Shown: piece after piece, positions 25,901-37,590 of the stretch | How the letters are laid out: every line of letters starts with the position of its first letter | Numbering within the stretch: position 1 is the stretch's first letter | From: Lama glama | Lineage: Eukaryota | Reading direction: 5' to 3' | DNA: 64,000 nt | Assembly: GCA_028534125.1 (NCBI GenBank) | Contig: CM052817.1 | Span: 70,496,001-70,560,000 of the forward strand | Position numbers and translations under genes: made by a program | Notes under the pieces: model-generated | Database searches by the model: none | What the model saw: only the letters and a program-made list of their open reading frames with translations | Told to the model about the DNA's origin: nothing

Positions 25901-26506
25901 TCTAAGAAGGATAAGTTCTTTTCCCTGCTGAATACATACACAGTGACTGTGGGTGGCCACATGTAGAGGCTAGAGTGAACCGATATCATAAAGGACACTG
26001 ACTTAAATATAGCCTGATTCTCTGAAATAAATCAAGACATCATGGAAGGAAAAAAAAAATCATGCCCACATTTTCTGCTTTCTGAGCTTTGTGACTAATA
26101 TTGACAGGGTTCTACCATGGATTTGCCCGTTATTCTAAGTAATTGAGTAAACATAGAAAAAGAATCACAATTAAGAATAATTTTGAACAGTAGGAGGACA
26201 AGGAGTTTGAGAGACAAGCAAACCACTGTGAAGATGCACTGCCCCTTTCCACTCCAAAGAAAGGATTAGATAGGGAATCACGAATTACCGTGTTTGCTGA
26301 GAGCTGTTTTCACTCATCTATTTAGGAAGAAATCAGCACTAAACACCATCCAAAGATATTCTGGAGATGGAATCTTTTGCTTTTTAATACCCAAACAACT
26401 TGAAGGAATGTCAAATTCAAAAAATTCTGTTCTACATGGAAAAGGCTAGGCTGGGTGAAGAGGAAAGGGAGAGTGCTTCTTTTAGAAATAATTCTGTAAA
26501 GCCTAC

Positions 26507-26545
26507 CTTTTGCCAACAGCCAGGCATGGGTAATCCATCTGGCCC
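26507..26545 (-). CDS. COL25A1: COL25A1 NC4 exon (GPDGLPMPGCWQK)
   Basis: Acceptor tttttaaaatag, donor gtaggc, 39 nt; diagnostic collagen XXV C-terminus. Confidence 0.96.
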
Positions 26546-28370
26546 CTATTTTAAAAAGAAGAAGAATTTCTCAGGTTCCACAAAAGTGATCACACTTCAT
26601 AATTAACATGCTCAGAGGCTTAAAAATGGATTTCTACCTGTTAAGGGGCTTTAGTTATAGGCATCTTTTACTAATTATCAACTTCCAATAAATTACCCAG
26701 TAGTTAGAAATGAAGAAAATTCAAATGTTTCCCAAAGTGAGTACCCATTTTGAAAATATACAAAATACAGAACGAATTACAACTAATTTTGAAAAAGTAA
26801 TTTACAAAGCCTAGTGGTCTACTTAATTGTAATTTTATATAATAAGTCTACACTATTTCTCCTAACTTCATTAAAACACATTTTACAACTATCTTTATCC
26901 AATACACTGAAATAAGTTCTCTTCCTGGTCACTGCGTTCTATGGCTGTGTGCATGATAATGATGAATAATCAGTGATGAACCATTTCTATCTGAAGGTTA
27001 TAGCTCTTCAAGTACCAGTATCTTTCACTTTTTTATACTGAAAGCAGATATAGTAGAACATATTAAATTGATTGATTTACAAGATAGGCAGCCAGTCAAT
27101 ATCTAAAATGTTAGCCACAGCATTTGTCAATATTTTAATTAGAATTCTTCAGATGCCAATGAACAAATTCTGGATATGTCAGAGATTCTTAAATGTTGAA
27201 AAATTTATTGTCACCTAAGGTGTGAGCACTCTTCAGATACAAATGATACAAACAGGACAGGAAGAGTTGATATATTATGAAGCATGCTTGTGTTTTCCTC
27301 CAACAAAATGACTGTAAAATATTATTCATTATCAATACCAAGCAAACAAAATAAAAGACTGGGCACATCATATTAAGATTTTCTAATTGTAATTATTGAC
27401 TGAATAACATTTTTTCTATAAATACAATCTCTTAAAAGACTTGAAAAACATAAATTTATCCTTACAGAATCATGCTTAGTACTTAAGAATAATATAAGAA
27501 CATGCAGACCAAGTATAACCATCAACATAACCATAAAAAGTTTTCCTTTATACCTCAGAAAAGATGAATATACTTCCTTTTTAAGTGTTAAAAAAAAAAA
27601 ACCTCTGAAATAACTTTATAAGATATTTGGGAAAAATTCAGTAATGCCAGATTGGTACAAAGGGAAGGATCACCCGGTAGAATTTTAGATTTTAGTATAA
27701 GGAGGATTCTGAGTTCATGCCAATGGAGATAGGGGAGATCTGTCTACTTTAGGAAAGTGAGTTTCAAAAGGAGAGACCATTAAATTGAAAAGGTTATGTG
27801 ACAAAGAGGAGGGTTTGGGCTGCAGACTATTATTTTTAGAAGCTCCGAGAAGCTTGGCTTTCTTCCCTATGGTCTCTTAACAGCATTCCCTTGAGTGGGT
27901 TAACTCTTGCCCACAGAAGCTTAGCTCTGTAGGTTTGGCTTTATTTTCAACCTGATAGAAACTTAGTGGAAGAGGCAAAAAAGACTTTATTTCTTTTAAT
28001 GAAAAAAAGGCTAAATTTAGGGGTAAAACCCAAAGTTATAGCCTAGCGGTACCTTTACATAGAAGATTTCATGTAATTTTAATGTCATCTTGAAATAGTT
28101 ATTGAATAAACTGACATTCCCCAGAGCACAGACATGGCGGCCGTGTCAGCTGTGAGAACATTGTCAGGAGGTTAATTTGCAGTCACTGATGGAAACACGT
28201 GCTTGCTCTCTTCACTCTGCAGAGTCCCCGAAGGAGCTGTGCATGCACATGCATGTAGTGTGTTTATCATGTAAAGCTGGCTCCACAAGTACCACTTTAC
28301 ACTGATAGAGATGAATATGTAATCAACAAAGGAACTGCATGCAGGGTGGTAGGAAAGAGAAATACTGTAC

Positions 28371-28448
28371 CAATTGGCAAGGGGCATCCAGCCCATCCAG
28401 GCCAGGCTGGCCTGGCTCCCCTTTTTCCCCCTTAACGCCACGGAATCC
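28371..28448 (-). CDS. COL25A1: COL25A1 exon B (GFRGVKGEKGEPGQPGLDGLDAPCQL), the canonical member of a likely mutually exclusive pair
   Basis: Acceptor ctttacaaacag, donor gtacag, 78 nt, Gly-X-Y ending in DAPC. Confidence 0.94.
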
Positions 28449-28929
28449 CTGTTTGTAAAGATTAACTCATAATGTTACTAACAGAAGAAATCACTTAAGC
28501 ACACATTCTGCTAAAGAAATAACCACTGTAACAAAAGGCTGGGAGAGGAGCAACTCTGAAGAGAAAAGTAACAGCCAGTGAGGTTGGCCAAAATAAAACA
28601 GTTTGATGGGATCCTGTAACTAGGGCTTGACTGGGAACAGGGATGGCTCTCTGGAATGGCACAGAGGAGCCCTGGCTCCTCCTTGGATTCTGCATTCTTG
28701 TCCTGGATACACATCAATACTTGAGTGCTGACAAACTAGGCAGAGCTGGTGGCCAGAGACAAGGTCTGGAACACACCAGGATGAGCTGAGATGGATGTTT
28801 CTGGGACCTTAAAGTCTATGTTAAAAGACCTGAGTCAGAACGCCCGCTGGTACCCCCTCCAGCTTGCTCCTCTCCCAGCTCAGCCCTCCACATGTGACAT
28901 CTGGAGATGGTTGCAGGAGTCAGACATAC

Positions 28930-29016
28930 CAACGGGCAGGGTGCATCTAATCCAGGAGCACCCTGTTCTCCTTTCTCCCCTTTAGGCCCCTTTTTGCCTT
29001 TCTTTCCCTTTTCCCC
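28930..29016 (-). CDS. COL25A1: COL25A1 alternative exon A ([29 protein letters not shown])
   Basis: Acceptor ccttgtatccacag, donor gtatgt, 87 nt, uninterrupted Gly-X-Y ending in DAPC; ORF 28816..29028. Confidence 0.9.
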
Positions 29017-31324
29017 CTGTGGATACAAGGGTTTAAATAAAAGACAGGTTTTATTTGAGGGGGAAGTAAAAGTGATTCAAAAGATGGTTGAGCCAATAAA
29101 GTCTGGAAGGGCATTTACCACTGTTTTCTGGTTTAGGGAAGGCATGATATTATGAAAAATAACTTAGACTTTCAGAGTGGCAATGGATGCTGGGCAGCGA
29201 TATGTGGAGTTTTATTAAAAGTACTTAAGATGAAAGAAGGGGAACTTAAAGGCTGACGTCAGAAAGGAAGGTCAGTGCTGACTTAGATCCCAAGGCTGTA
29301 GTCCCTGTGAATGAGGTGTTTCTGCCACCGATCTGGTGAAGATGGTGGATACCAACTGTATTGAAGACACCAGTGACAGGTGAAGTTCAGAGGAATAACA
29401 AAGACTTCACCCGATTTTCAATACCTGCCAACTTGCTTTTTTTCCTAATCCTATAACAGATGAAAGCTACATTGAGCCAAAGGAGGATGAAAAAATATTA
29501 ATAGTTTCTATATTTTTTGAAATGTATCCAAATTTATGACCTAATGCTTTGTAGCTCTCATTAAAAACATGTTCAATGTGTTAAAAAAAAATACACGTCT
29601 CTTTCTTTGAACATTCTTTTTAAGGAAACTGAAAGCAAATACTTTCCTTATTAAGTCAGATAAACAAATTTTAAAAGTGCTAAGATTTCTCAGCAATGCC
29701 AATTGGAGAAACAGACTAATCTATAAACCGGAAGATGTTCTTTAATTCACCCTTATTGATCTCATGCCAAGTGTTCACAATGGTAAATGGGTTTCCAGCA
29801 TACTCACAGGTAACAAAAGCCAAAAAAAAAAAAATTCTGTTCAAGAGAGGAAAAGCAGTTTGGATTCAGTTGAGCTAACACTAAAAATGAAGTAGGCAGG
29901 ATAATTACATAGTGGGAATGTAGCCATGGAAATTAGTATTTAGGAATCAAGGTAAAGGTTGTGGAAATCTGCATGGATCACAGGGATGGAGGAATTAAGG
30001 AAAGGAGGCAAAAGGAGGAGAAGGAAGGAATGCACCTCAGCTGTTTCACATTAACATAAATATCTCTGCATATTTATAGACAAGAAGTTGGTACAGTGCA
30101 GAATACAAAATACCATGCAATACATATTTAGTGTATTCATTCTGCAATCAGGATGGCAGATACAATAAAATGGAATAATTTCAGAAGCGAAATAACATGA
30201 ATATTCAAAGACATACACATAACAGACATAGACGAGATATGCATTCAAATGAATGCATCCATTCTGATGGTGTGAGTGAAAGCTCCATGTTCATCTCTTG
30301 TGTGCCAAAAAGATTGCATCAGAAGGCTCAGAATCAAAACCACGTGGGTTTCTCTAATATCAGGGAAAGAGAGAATTCTGTGTGGTTTAGTTGGTCATGA
30401 TCAAAAACAAAGCCCCGAGAAGCCAGGGAGAAATGAGAGCAAGTTCAGTGATAGGAAGTGAGCCGGGAGGAGCTTCCGGGGTAAATGCTCAGTCATACAA
30501 GCTGAACCAACACTTTTCCTCAACAAACAGCTTCAGTGTTGTGACATCAAACTGATTTAAACTTGTTTGGGAGGCAGTGGACTCTTCTTTGCAAGGCTGT
30601 GACTGACACCAGGTGGGTTGGGTATTATTAATTTAAGACTCCATTCCTTTTTGGATTGGTTAATCAACTCAGATTAATCACTCAACAGAAAAGTGGTGCC
30701 AAATGAATGCTGACTGTACAGGCTATGAGAATCGTTTTTCAGTAATATTTTAGTGACCCTCAAGCTTTATGGAAAACAGACACTATTGTACAAAGAGCAA
30801 TGTGTCAGTGTTATTATTAATCTGCATAGTTTTGTAACAGCTAGTGATTCCCTGTGCCAGATAAAACTATCTGTCATTGTGGGCGTGAGCACATGAGGGC
30901 TCTTGCTAATTTTTCTCTCCCATGCCAAAGAATGATATACGTAAAGTATTCACATTTGGATTTAATTTTCCTGAATATAAAACTTCTAATCATGGAATCT
31001 GAAATATGGAAATATTTTTGTGGGGGTAATTAACATTATTCTGAGGATTAAATGTATAGCTTTAGGTTTTCATAAGTTATAATACTGGTAACTTCTTTGT
31101 TTAAAAGATCATTAAAATGAATGTCTTCATAGTGGTGACATACTTTTGAGTGGATAAGGTTTTAGATGCATACAATCCATTAGGTAAATATAAAATAAAT
31201 GCCTATAATTTTTTAAAAATAACTATAAAGTACACACACATCTTGGGTTAAAAGCTCACATGCATAATTTATCTCCAAACATGTATATTTTACAGTTAGA
31301 ATGTACAATGAAGAATAAAAGAAC

Positions 31325-31467
31325 TTTTTTTTTGGTTCTTTTTTGGGGGAATTAGATAATTAGGTTTGTTTGTTTGTTTATTTATTTACACGGAGGTACT
31401 GGGGATTGAGCCCAGGACCTCGTGCATGCTAGGCACACATTCTACCACTGAGCCACACCCTCCCCAC
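31325..31467 (-). mobile_element. Vic-1-like SINE
   Basis: ggaggtactggggattgagcccagg...ctaccactgagccacaccctcccc; TSD taaaagaa(c/t)ttttt. Confidence 0.9.
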
Positions 31468-32722
31468 TAAAAGAATTTTTTAATGCCTCAGTTTCCTCAC
31501 CTGTGAAATGGGGACATAGCACCAACTTCAGGGAGTTGTCATGAGGATTAAAAGACTTATCGTGGGTAAAATTCTTAGAAAAAACACATAATAAGTGTTC
31601 AATAAACATCATGATATTGGTGAGGATGGTGACGGTGCTTTTACATGACCACTCACATGAGCTCTCCTAGCAATGGGAAAGCTTAGTAATGTTTAAGGCC
31701 CAAAGAATACACAACAGGCTTAATCACCTTTCTTTGGCAACTCTCATTTGGCCTTGCTTTTCAACAGTTGTGAACTTCACTGTTAAAGAGAATTTATAGG
31801 GTTTTGAAAACAGTGTGTTAAGTAGAACAGGACATAAATTAATCTGAGAAATACAATCGGTTTAAATTCGAACTGTGAAAGTACATATTCAGCCACATTA
31901 AGATTTTCATTATTCTACTGAGGTGCTGAGGGTGTTTTTCCTTCTTTAGTTACATCCAATATAAAAAATTATTCTTCAAAGACCCAAGCAAAGGGGAGCG
32001 GAAAGGAAAAAGTGATTTATAAAAACCATAATCCAAATTTTCCTTCCAGACATAAAACCATTTTGCCCGATACTGGCTCCTCTATCCCCTGGAGCTGATG
32101 GTCTTGAGATAGAACCTGAAACCAGTCTCATAAAATACACTAATATCTTCATTTAAAAATATCTACAGTATCTGCAGGCAACAAGTCCTGATCCCTATAT
32201 AATGGACTCACTGGGGTTTATCAGTCACACTGCTTGTGTTTCATTTCCCAATCAAAAAAATCAAGATACAGGACATATTCTCTGACCCTCCACTGGGGAT
32301 GCTGGAAAGATAAACGAGATGCTGGCTGTACAGGGCTAGGTGAGCTCTGCCAGAAGACCGTTGCAGATCTGTGCTATTTAATTTTACTTTAATGTAATAA
32401 ATGCCTCCTCCTCACCCTGATTTTCAAAACCCCCTGGAAACTACATCATTGATTGATTGGTGTCAGGCAGCAGAAAGCTTGCAGCCCTGCTATGTGGGGA
32501 TTGCGGTTTTTTTTTTCTTTTGTGCTAACTGTGCCCTTATTTCTTGCCATGTAGCCTTCTTTATTCCTCTGCGAAGGCCTGGTTCCTCAGATCAGACATC
32601 AGTGTGTTTTTGGAGCACAGGATACAGAAAGATCAGGCGTATGAAAGAATTGGACAGGTTGAACAGCAAAGCAGACAGAAGCAGGAAAATCAAACAGGCA
32701 CATGCTAGGATGGGGAGGTCAC

Positions 32723-32776
32723 CTTTTCCCCCTTTTCTCCCAGATCACCCTTCTCGCCTCGTGGACCAGGGAAACC
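32723..32776 (-). CDS. COL25A1: COL25A1 exon (GFPGPRGEKGDLGEKGEK)
   Basis: Acceptor tttatcctttag, weak donor gtgacc, 54 nt Gly-X-Y. Confidence 0.94.
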
Positions 32777-32999
32777 CTAAAGGATAAAAAGCAAACCAAA
32801 AAGATCTATTGATGTAACTCTGGCAAAACCACATCAAAAAAAAAAAAAGAGTAAGATTTCATGTATCTGAATGCAAATATAAAGAAATATGACATGCCCC
32901 TAAATCTCAAAACTTAGATGGGTGAAGTAGCGCTTAGAAATAACAGTTTCCTAGCATCTCAAGTATCTATAAACAACAGATTCCTTTTTTTGCCTAAGA

Positions 33000-33220
33000 A
33001 TAACAGGATCCTAGTTTGAATCCTGGCAAGCTTTCTGATTTGTGTGGCCGCGGACAAATAACCTCAGCATTTTAGTCCTTTGACTATAAAATGAGGTTAA
33101 TGATACCTGCTACACACACAACTGCTGGTGTGAGTGTTAAATGCAAATGATTATATATGAAATACAGAATGACATCTGCACACAACAGGTGCCCAATAAA
33201 CGGTAACTACTATTACTTTT
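33000..33220 (-). mobile_element. MIR SINE fragment
   Basis: gtttgaatcctggc...ctataaaatgaggttaatgatacct...ggtgcccaataaacggtaactactatt. Confidence 0.65.
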
Positions 33221-33726
33221 GTAACTACGTAATACAGGATGAGAAGTAATCATCTTAAGAGAGCTTGACTTTTGATATTCTCTATTTTTTTGGAATTATG
33301 TTACTATAAGATATATAGGGACTTTGTGCTAAAAAGAGAACTACTGCATAACAGCTTAGAGAATAAACATAATTAGCCATTCCCTAATGGTAGCGTGTGA
33401 CATAGATTTCAATTTCATGCATATTTTAAAATAAGTGGTTCAACTGCTGATGTTGAGTGTCTCTAATTTGGGATTGTATTTTGAAGTGCCACACTGTCAC
33501 TTGTTGGTTATTAATTTCATACCAGATAATTATGATTTTTGCTTTTACATTTATTTCATGCAGACGCTAGTGGTGTATTTCATACTGCTGTCCACATGCA
33601 CAGCAGTGTATGCAGTATGCATAACTATGTGCACAGAAAAAAACAGAAGTATTCTTGCTCTTACTGATGATGGAGACCATCAGCATCTATTATAATGGGA
33701 AGATGTTTGTTGTACACATTACTTAC

Positions 33727-33753
33727 ATCAAGACCAGGCTCTCCATCTTTCCC
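33727..33753 (-). CDS. COL25A1: COL25A1 27-nt micro-exon (GKDGEPGLD)
   Basis: Acceptor ttctttggcag with branch-like CACTAAT at 33778-33784; donor gtaagt. Confidence 0.93.
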
Positions 33754-35195
33754 CTGCCAAAGAATCATAGTAGCTACATTAGTGTTCCTAAGTTCCATGA
33801 AGAGGTTATTGTTTTATTTAAGGCTGCCTGGACATGCAACACTAGTATTAGAACAACTACTTCAGAAATGTGAGGAAGAGTCCTTACTGATTAGTAATAC
33901 AAATTTCTTTCACTAAATCAAGTGAAGTGACTGTTAATGTTGCAGTTAAGGGTCATGAAAATGTTTTATTATATATCAGGTTAAGTAGTCTGATATTTTG
34001 CTGAAGTTTAATCCTTGGTATCCAAGTTATCAATCCAGGAGTAAGCTGAAAACAAAAATACTGTTTAGTTAATATAAAAACACACCAGCACTAATAGAGT
34101 ATGCAAATCAATGCTACTTTAGTTTGACAACTAAATCTAGTAGTTAGCTTGTAAATGAGTAAAGAATGTGAAAACTGTCTATTGTTACATATAATTTTAA
34201 TTTGGCTAGATGTGTACCTTGTCTATTAATATTGAGGGTCTGAGGATCACAACCTAAAAACTGTTTGTAAGTGCACGACCCCCTATTATAAAAAGAGTAG
34301 AAAACTTTTGCACAAGGATGATAAATTCACCCCTGTGGTGCAGATTTTCAGAGCAGTGACGAGTGTCAGCCATATAAAGGATCTACCAAAATTTAGAGAA
34401 GTCACTTTGATTCCATCAATTAGATTTCAAAATCAGCACCTCTTTAAGCACTCAAATAATCATAGTTTATTATTTCAGTTCATAAAAACTGGCAAGTACA
34501 GGTATGTGGAAGGTAATTAGGGGTTGAAAACCTAGAGACAGTATGTGCTTCCACAGCAGACCTACCTACCCTACTGAGTCATTGAGATATTGTTCAGAAG
34601 CGAACCTGAGGCCTTGATCTGAAGCAGGTGTAACTGAGAATTTTCAGAAGACAGAACACTATCAACATTTTCTGCTCTGAAAGATCACTGGCTGTCACAG
34701 TCATTTAGAAAGGCCAGAAACATCAATGTCACCTTAAACGTCAAGTTGAGAAATAACTTTTATTAGCAAGAGCAGTGTTAGTAAGTAACCTGTGAGAACA
34801 GATAAAGTCTGAAGAGCTGTCTTCAATAAAGCTTGCACACCCACTGCTGGTACGGGGACCTCCCAGGAAGGCCCAGTTAGGGGTCGGACGGACGGCCTAG
34901 GGGGGGCGCGTCGGACAGCCCGACTCCCGCCGTCGGGTGAGCCCTGTCTGTCTCCCGGACAAGCTCTGATCCTCAGTCTCGTGAGGTGTGTGGGTGGTGT
35001 CTGTACGCGAGCGCGACAAAGCGACACGAATATGACCCGTCTCTGAAGAACACGGTTAGGCTGGGTTGTAGAGAGTTAGTGGATGGTTCCTTGCTGCTCT
35101 AGAGGGATTAGCCTCCATGCGAGGCGAGGGTTAACTGGCGAGTGACGGGCGTCTACACATGCGGGAGGGGAAACTTCGCCAGACCGAGAACTCAC

Positions 35196-35249
35196 CGGCA
35201 GGCCGTACGGTCCTCGGGGTCCCGGCTCGCCCGCAGCTCCCTTTTCACC
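35196..35249 (-). CDS. COL25A1: COL25A1 exon (GEKGAAGEPGPRGPYGLP)
   Basis: Acceptor ctttcatcacag, donor gtgagt, 54 nt; ORF 35076..35282. Confidence 0.95.
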
Positions 35250-36539
35250 CTGTGATGAAAGGCGAAAGTTCAAATTATACACAAATGCCTATATTCACAC
35301 ACTTTCCCTAATGGCCTGTATCTAAAACCTCTGTTTGAAGCACCATTTGATTAAAATTCCAAAGAGTCAGGCTATTCCAGGGTCGCTGTCAGAGATACAG
35401 CAAAAGAAATCCACATTCACGTTTTTAGAGAATCACCTTTGAAAAGACCGTGGGTCAGACCGCTGCTGCACAACTGTGCGAAAGGGTCTGCATATCTAGG
35501 ATGCTGTGCTTGGGTTTCTTTGGCATTAGGGTGAAAATTTTTTTGTTACTACTTATTTTAAGTTACTAATCTTTTAAAAAATACAAGAATCAACTGCTTT
35601 TTGTCCCCCTACCAAGTGTCTCCTCTTCAGCAAGCTCTTCCTTCCTTGATGGTCTCCATCCTTCACTGAGCTGTATTTTACTTCATGGTGCTCACACAGT
35701 GGGAGACACACCCACGTTTTAACTTGTTTATTCTCTGCTGAGCCCCTCACTAGAAGATGCACATAAGGGAGCCCCAGCTCTGGCTTCCTTCCCTACTGCC
35801 TCCCCAGTTTATAATAGTGTCTGGCACATCAGTACATATATGTTGCATTAATAAATTAAATCAAATCAATACAAGCATGTACGTTTTGCTTTCTTTCTGA
35901 AAAAGGATTTCAAAACGTTTATGCCTTCTCCTCAATGCCTGATAAGGTAGGAACTGATTACTTTCATCACTCTCTTTCCATGTACCTATTCAAGTAGAAT
36001 AGCTGGTCCCTGCTTAAACGATAATCTTGAATGCTTATAAAAAAGTAAATGTAATTGGAGGTGGTCCCAGGAATATGAAATAATTGTGATAATAAAGAAA
36101 AAGATGTTTGGCATTTCAAATAGTGTCTTCTGCTGCTGCCATCTCCAAAATTAAACTGTCAGTATTTAGCATGAAAACTTCAGGAGTATGATGATGTCTA
36201 TAGGAGGGGCCAAACAGCAAATGTTACCTTCTTTTATCACACCCCTGAAGAAGTTTAAAGGGTCCCAAAACCTTTTCATGGGTAAAATGCCAAGTTCAGC
36301 TGATAACTGCATGCAGATCCAAGTATTATGTGTGTTTCTCTCTCTTGCAAATTCCCATGTGAGCAAATTTCAAGTCACTGTTAACATTCTTCTTTAATCT
36401 AAATTTAGGGGTTGTAGGTGCTAATTAGCACTGTCACTTAGAGGCACATATAGTATAGGGAGATTATGGGGAATAAATACGATAAAAGTTTGTTGAACTT
36501 TTACTCATTATTATTTTATGTTTATTACTGAAACAGCAG

Positions 36540-36790
36540 GAATTGCATTTGGTAAAGTTACCAGGCTTTGAAATGGAACAGACTTACATTTGAATTCTAG
36601 TTCTGGTGTTTACTGGTTGTGTGATCTTGGGTAACTTTCTTAACCTTTCTGTGCCTGTGTTTCATTGGTTGTAAAATAAGAATAATAATACATATTCTGC
36701 AATAATTTGTCTGAAGATTAAATGTGATTATAAAATATACAATGATACGTTGCCTAATAATATGTCCATAAATAGCAGCTATCATCATTA
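36540..36790 (-). mobile_element. MIR SINE
   Basis: tgtgtgatcttgggtaactttcttaacctttctgtgcctgtgtttcatt...gtaaaataagaataata. Confidence 0.7.
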
Positions 36791-37229
36791 TTGTACAGTT
36801 AGAGGTCTCATATTTAATAAAAAGGGCTTGGCAACCCAAAGAGCACCAATTCAAAATAAATTTCTTTCAGTTTGATCTGTTATTTATGATTTTTCTAAAT
36901 GGTGGTGGTGCTGGTGGTGAGTGTGTGTGTGTGTATGTGTGTGTTTGTGTGTGTAGTGGGGGATGGGGGTTTAGAAGGAGGGTTCATAACCTGGAATCAG
37001 TCTAATCTGTAAAAACTCAATACATTAGAGTACATCTAATTTAAAAAACCTCCACAGATTATTTTGATATACCTCCTCCCTTCTTCCTCATCTGACTGAG
37101 TGTCTCAGCTTTATTTTGTTTTTAAAATAAATATACCATGGCTTATTTGAATTAAGCTGTCACTAAAGCATTTGTCTGTGGACCTCCTCTTACAGAATTG
37201 TCCATTCCAAATAATTAAACTAATCATGA

Positions 37230-37590
37230 CAGTTCATCTCACTCGCCACTGACTGCTTCAGAAGTGGAAATATGACCCGATTCTGGTCCATGAGGCATCG
37301 GGGAAGTCTCTGGGATGCTTTGTGGAAAGTTTCCTCACTGCTAAGGAAGACTCAGGAGAAGACAGTCTCCATGTTTGTTTTCTGCTGAGCCCCCTCCACA
37401 GGGGAGGTTTGGAACCACTGTGACCAGCATGCCTGTGGTCAGAAGACAAAGCCAGCTCATAGAAAGGGCACAGAAACAAAGCCTAGAGATCCTCCTTCGA
37501 ATATTTTGTCAGACAAAATGTACATTTCTTTATTATTTAAGCCATTTTGCATTGGGGTTCTATGACTTAGAGCCCAAAGCATCCTAATGG
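37230..37590 (+). mobile_element. Old MaLR LTR fragment (MLT1I/J-like)
   Basis: tatgacccgattctggtccatgag...ggaaagtttcctcact...ttatttaagccattttgcattgggg...cccaaagcatcctaa. Confidence 0.6.

Noticed and set aside
28888..29210. 8-bp complementarity (ctccacat/atgtggag) that would loop out exon A
   Set aside because: Too short to distinguish from chance without conservation data
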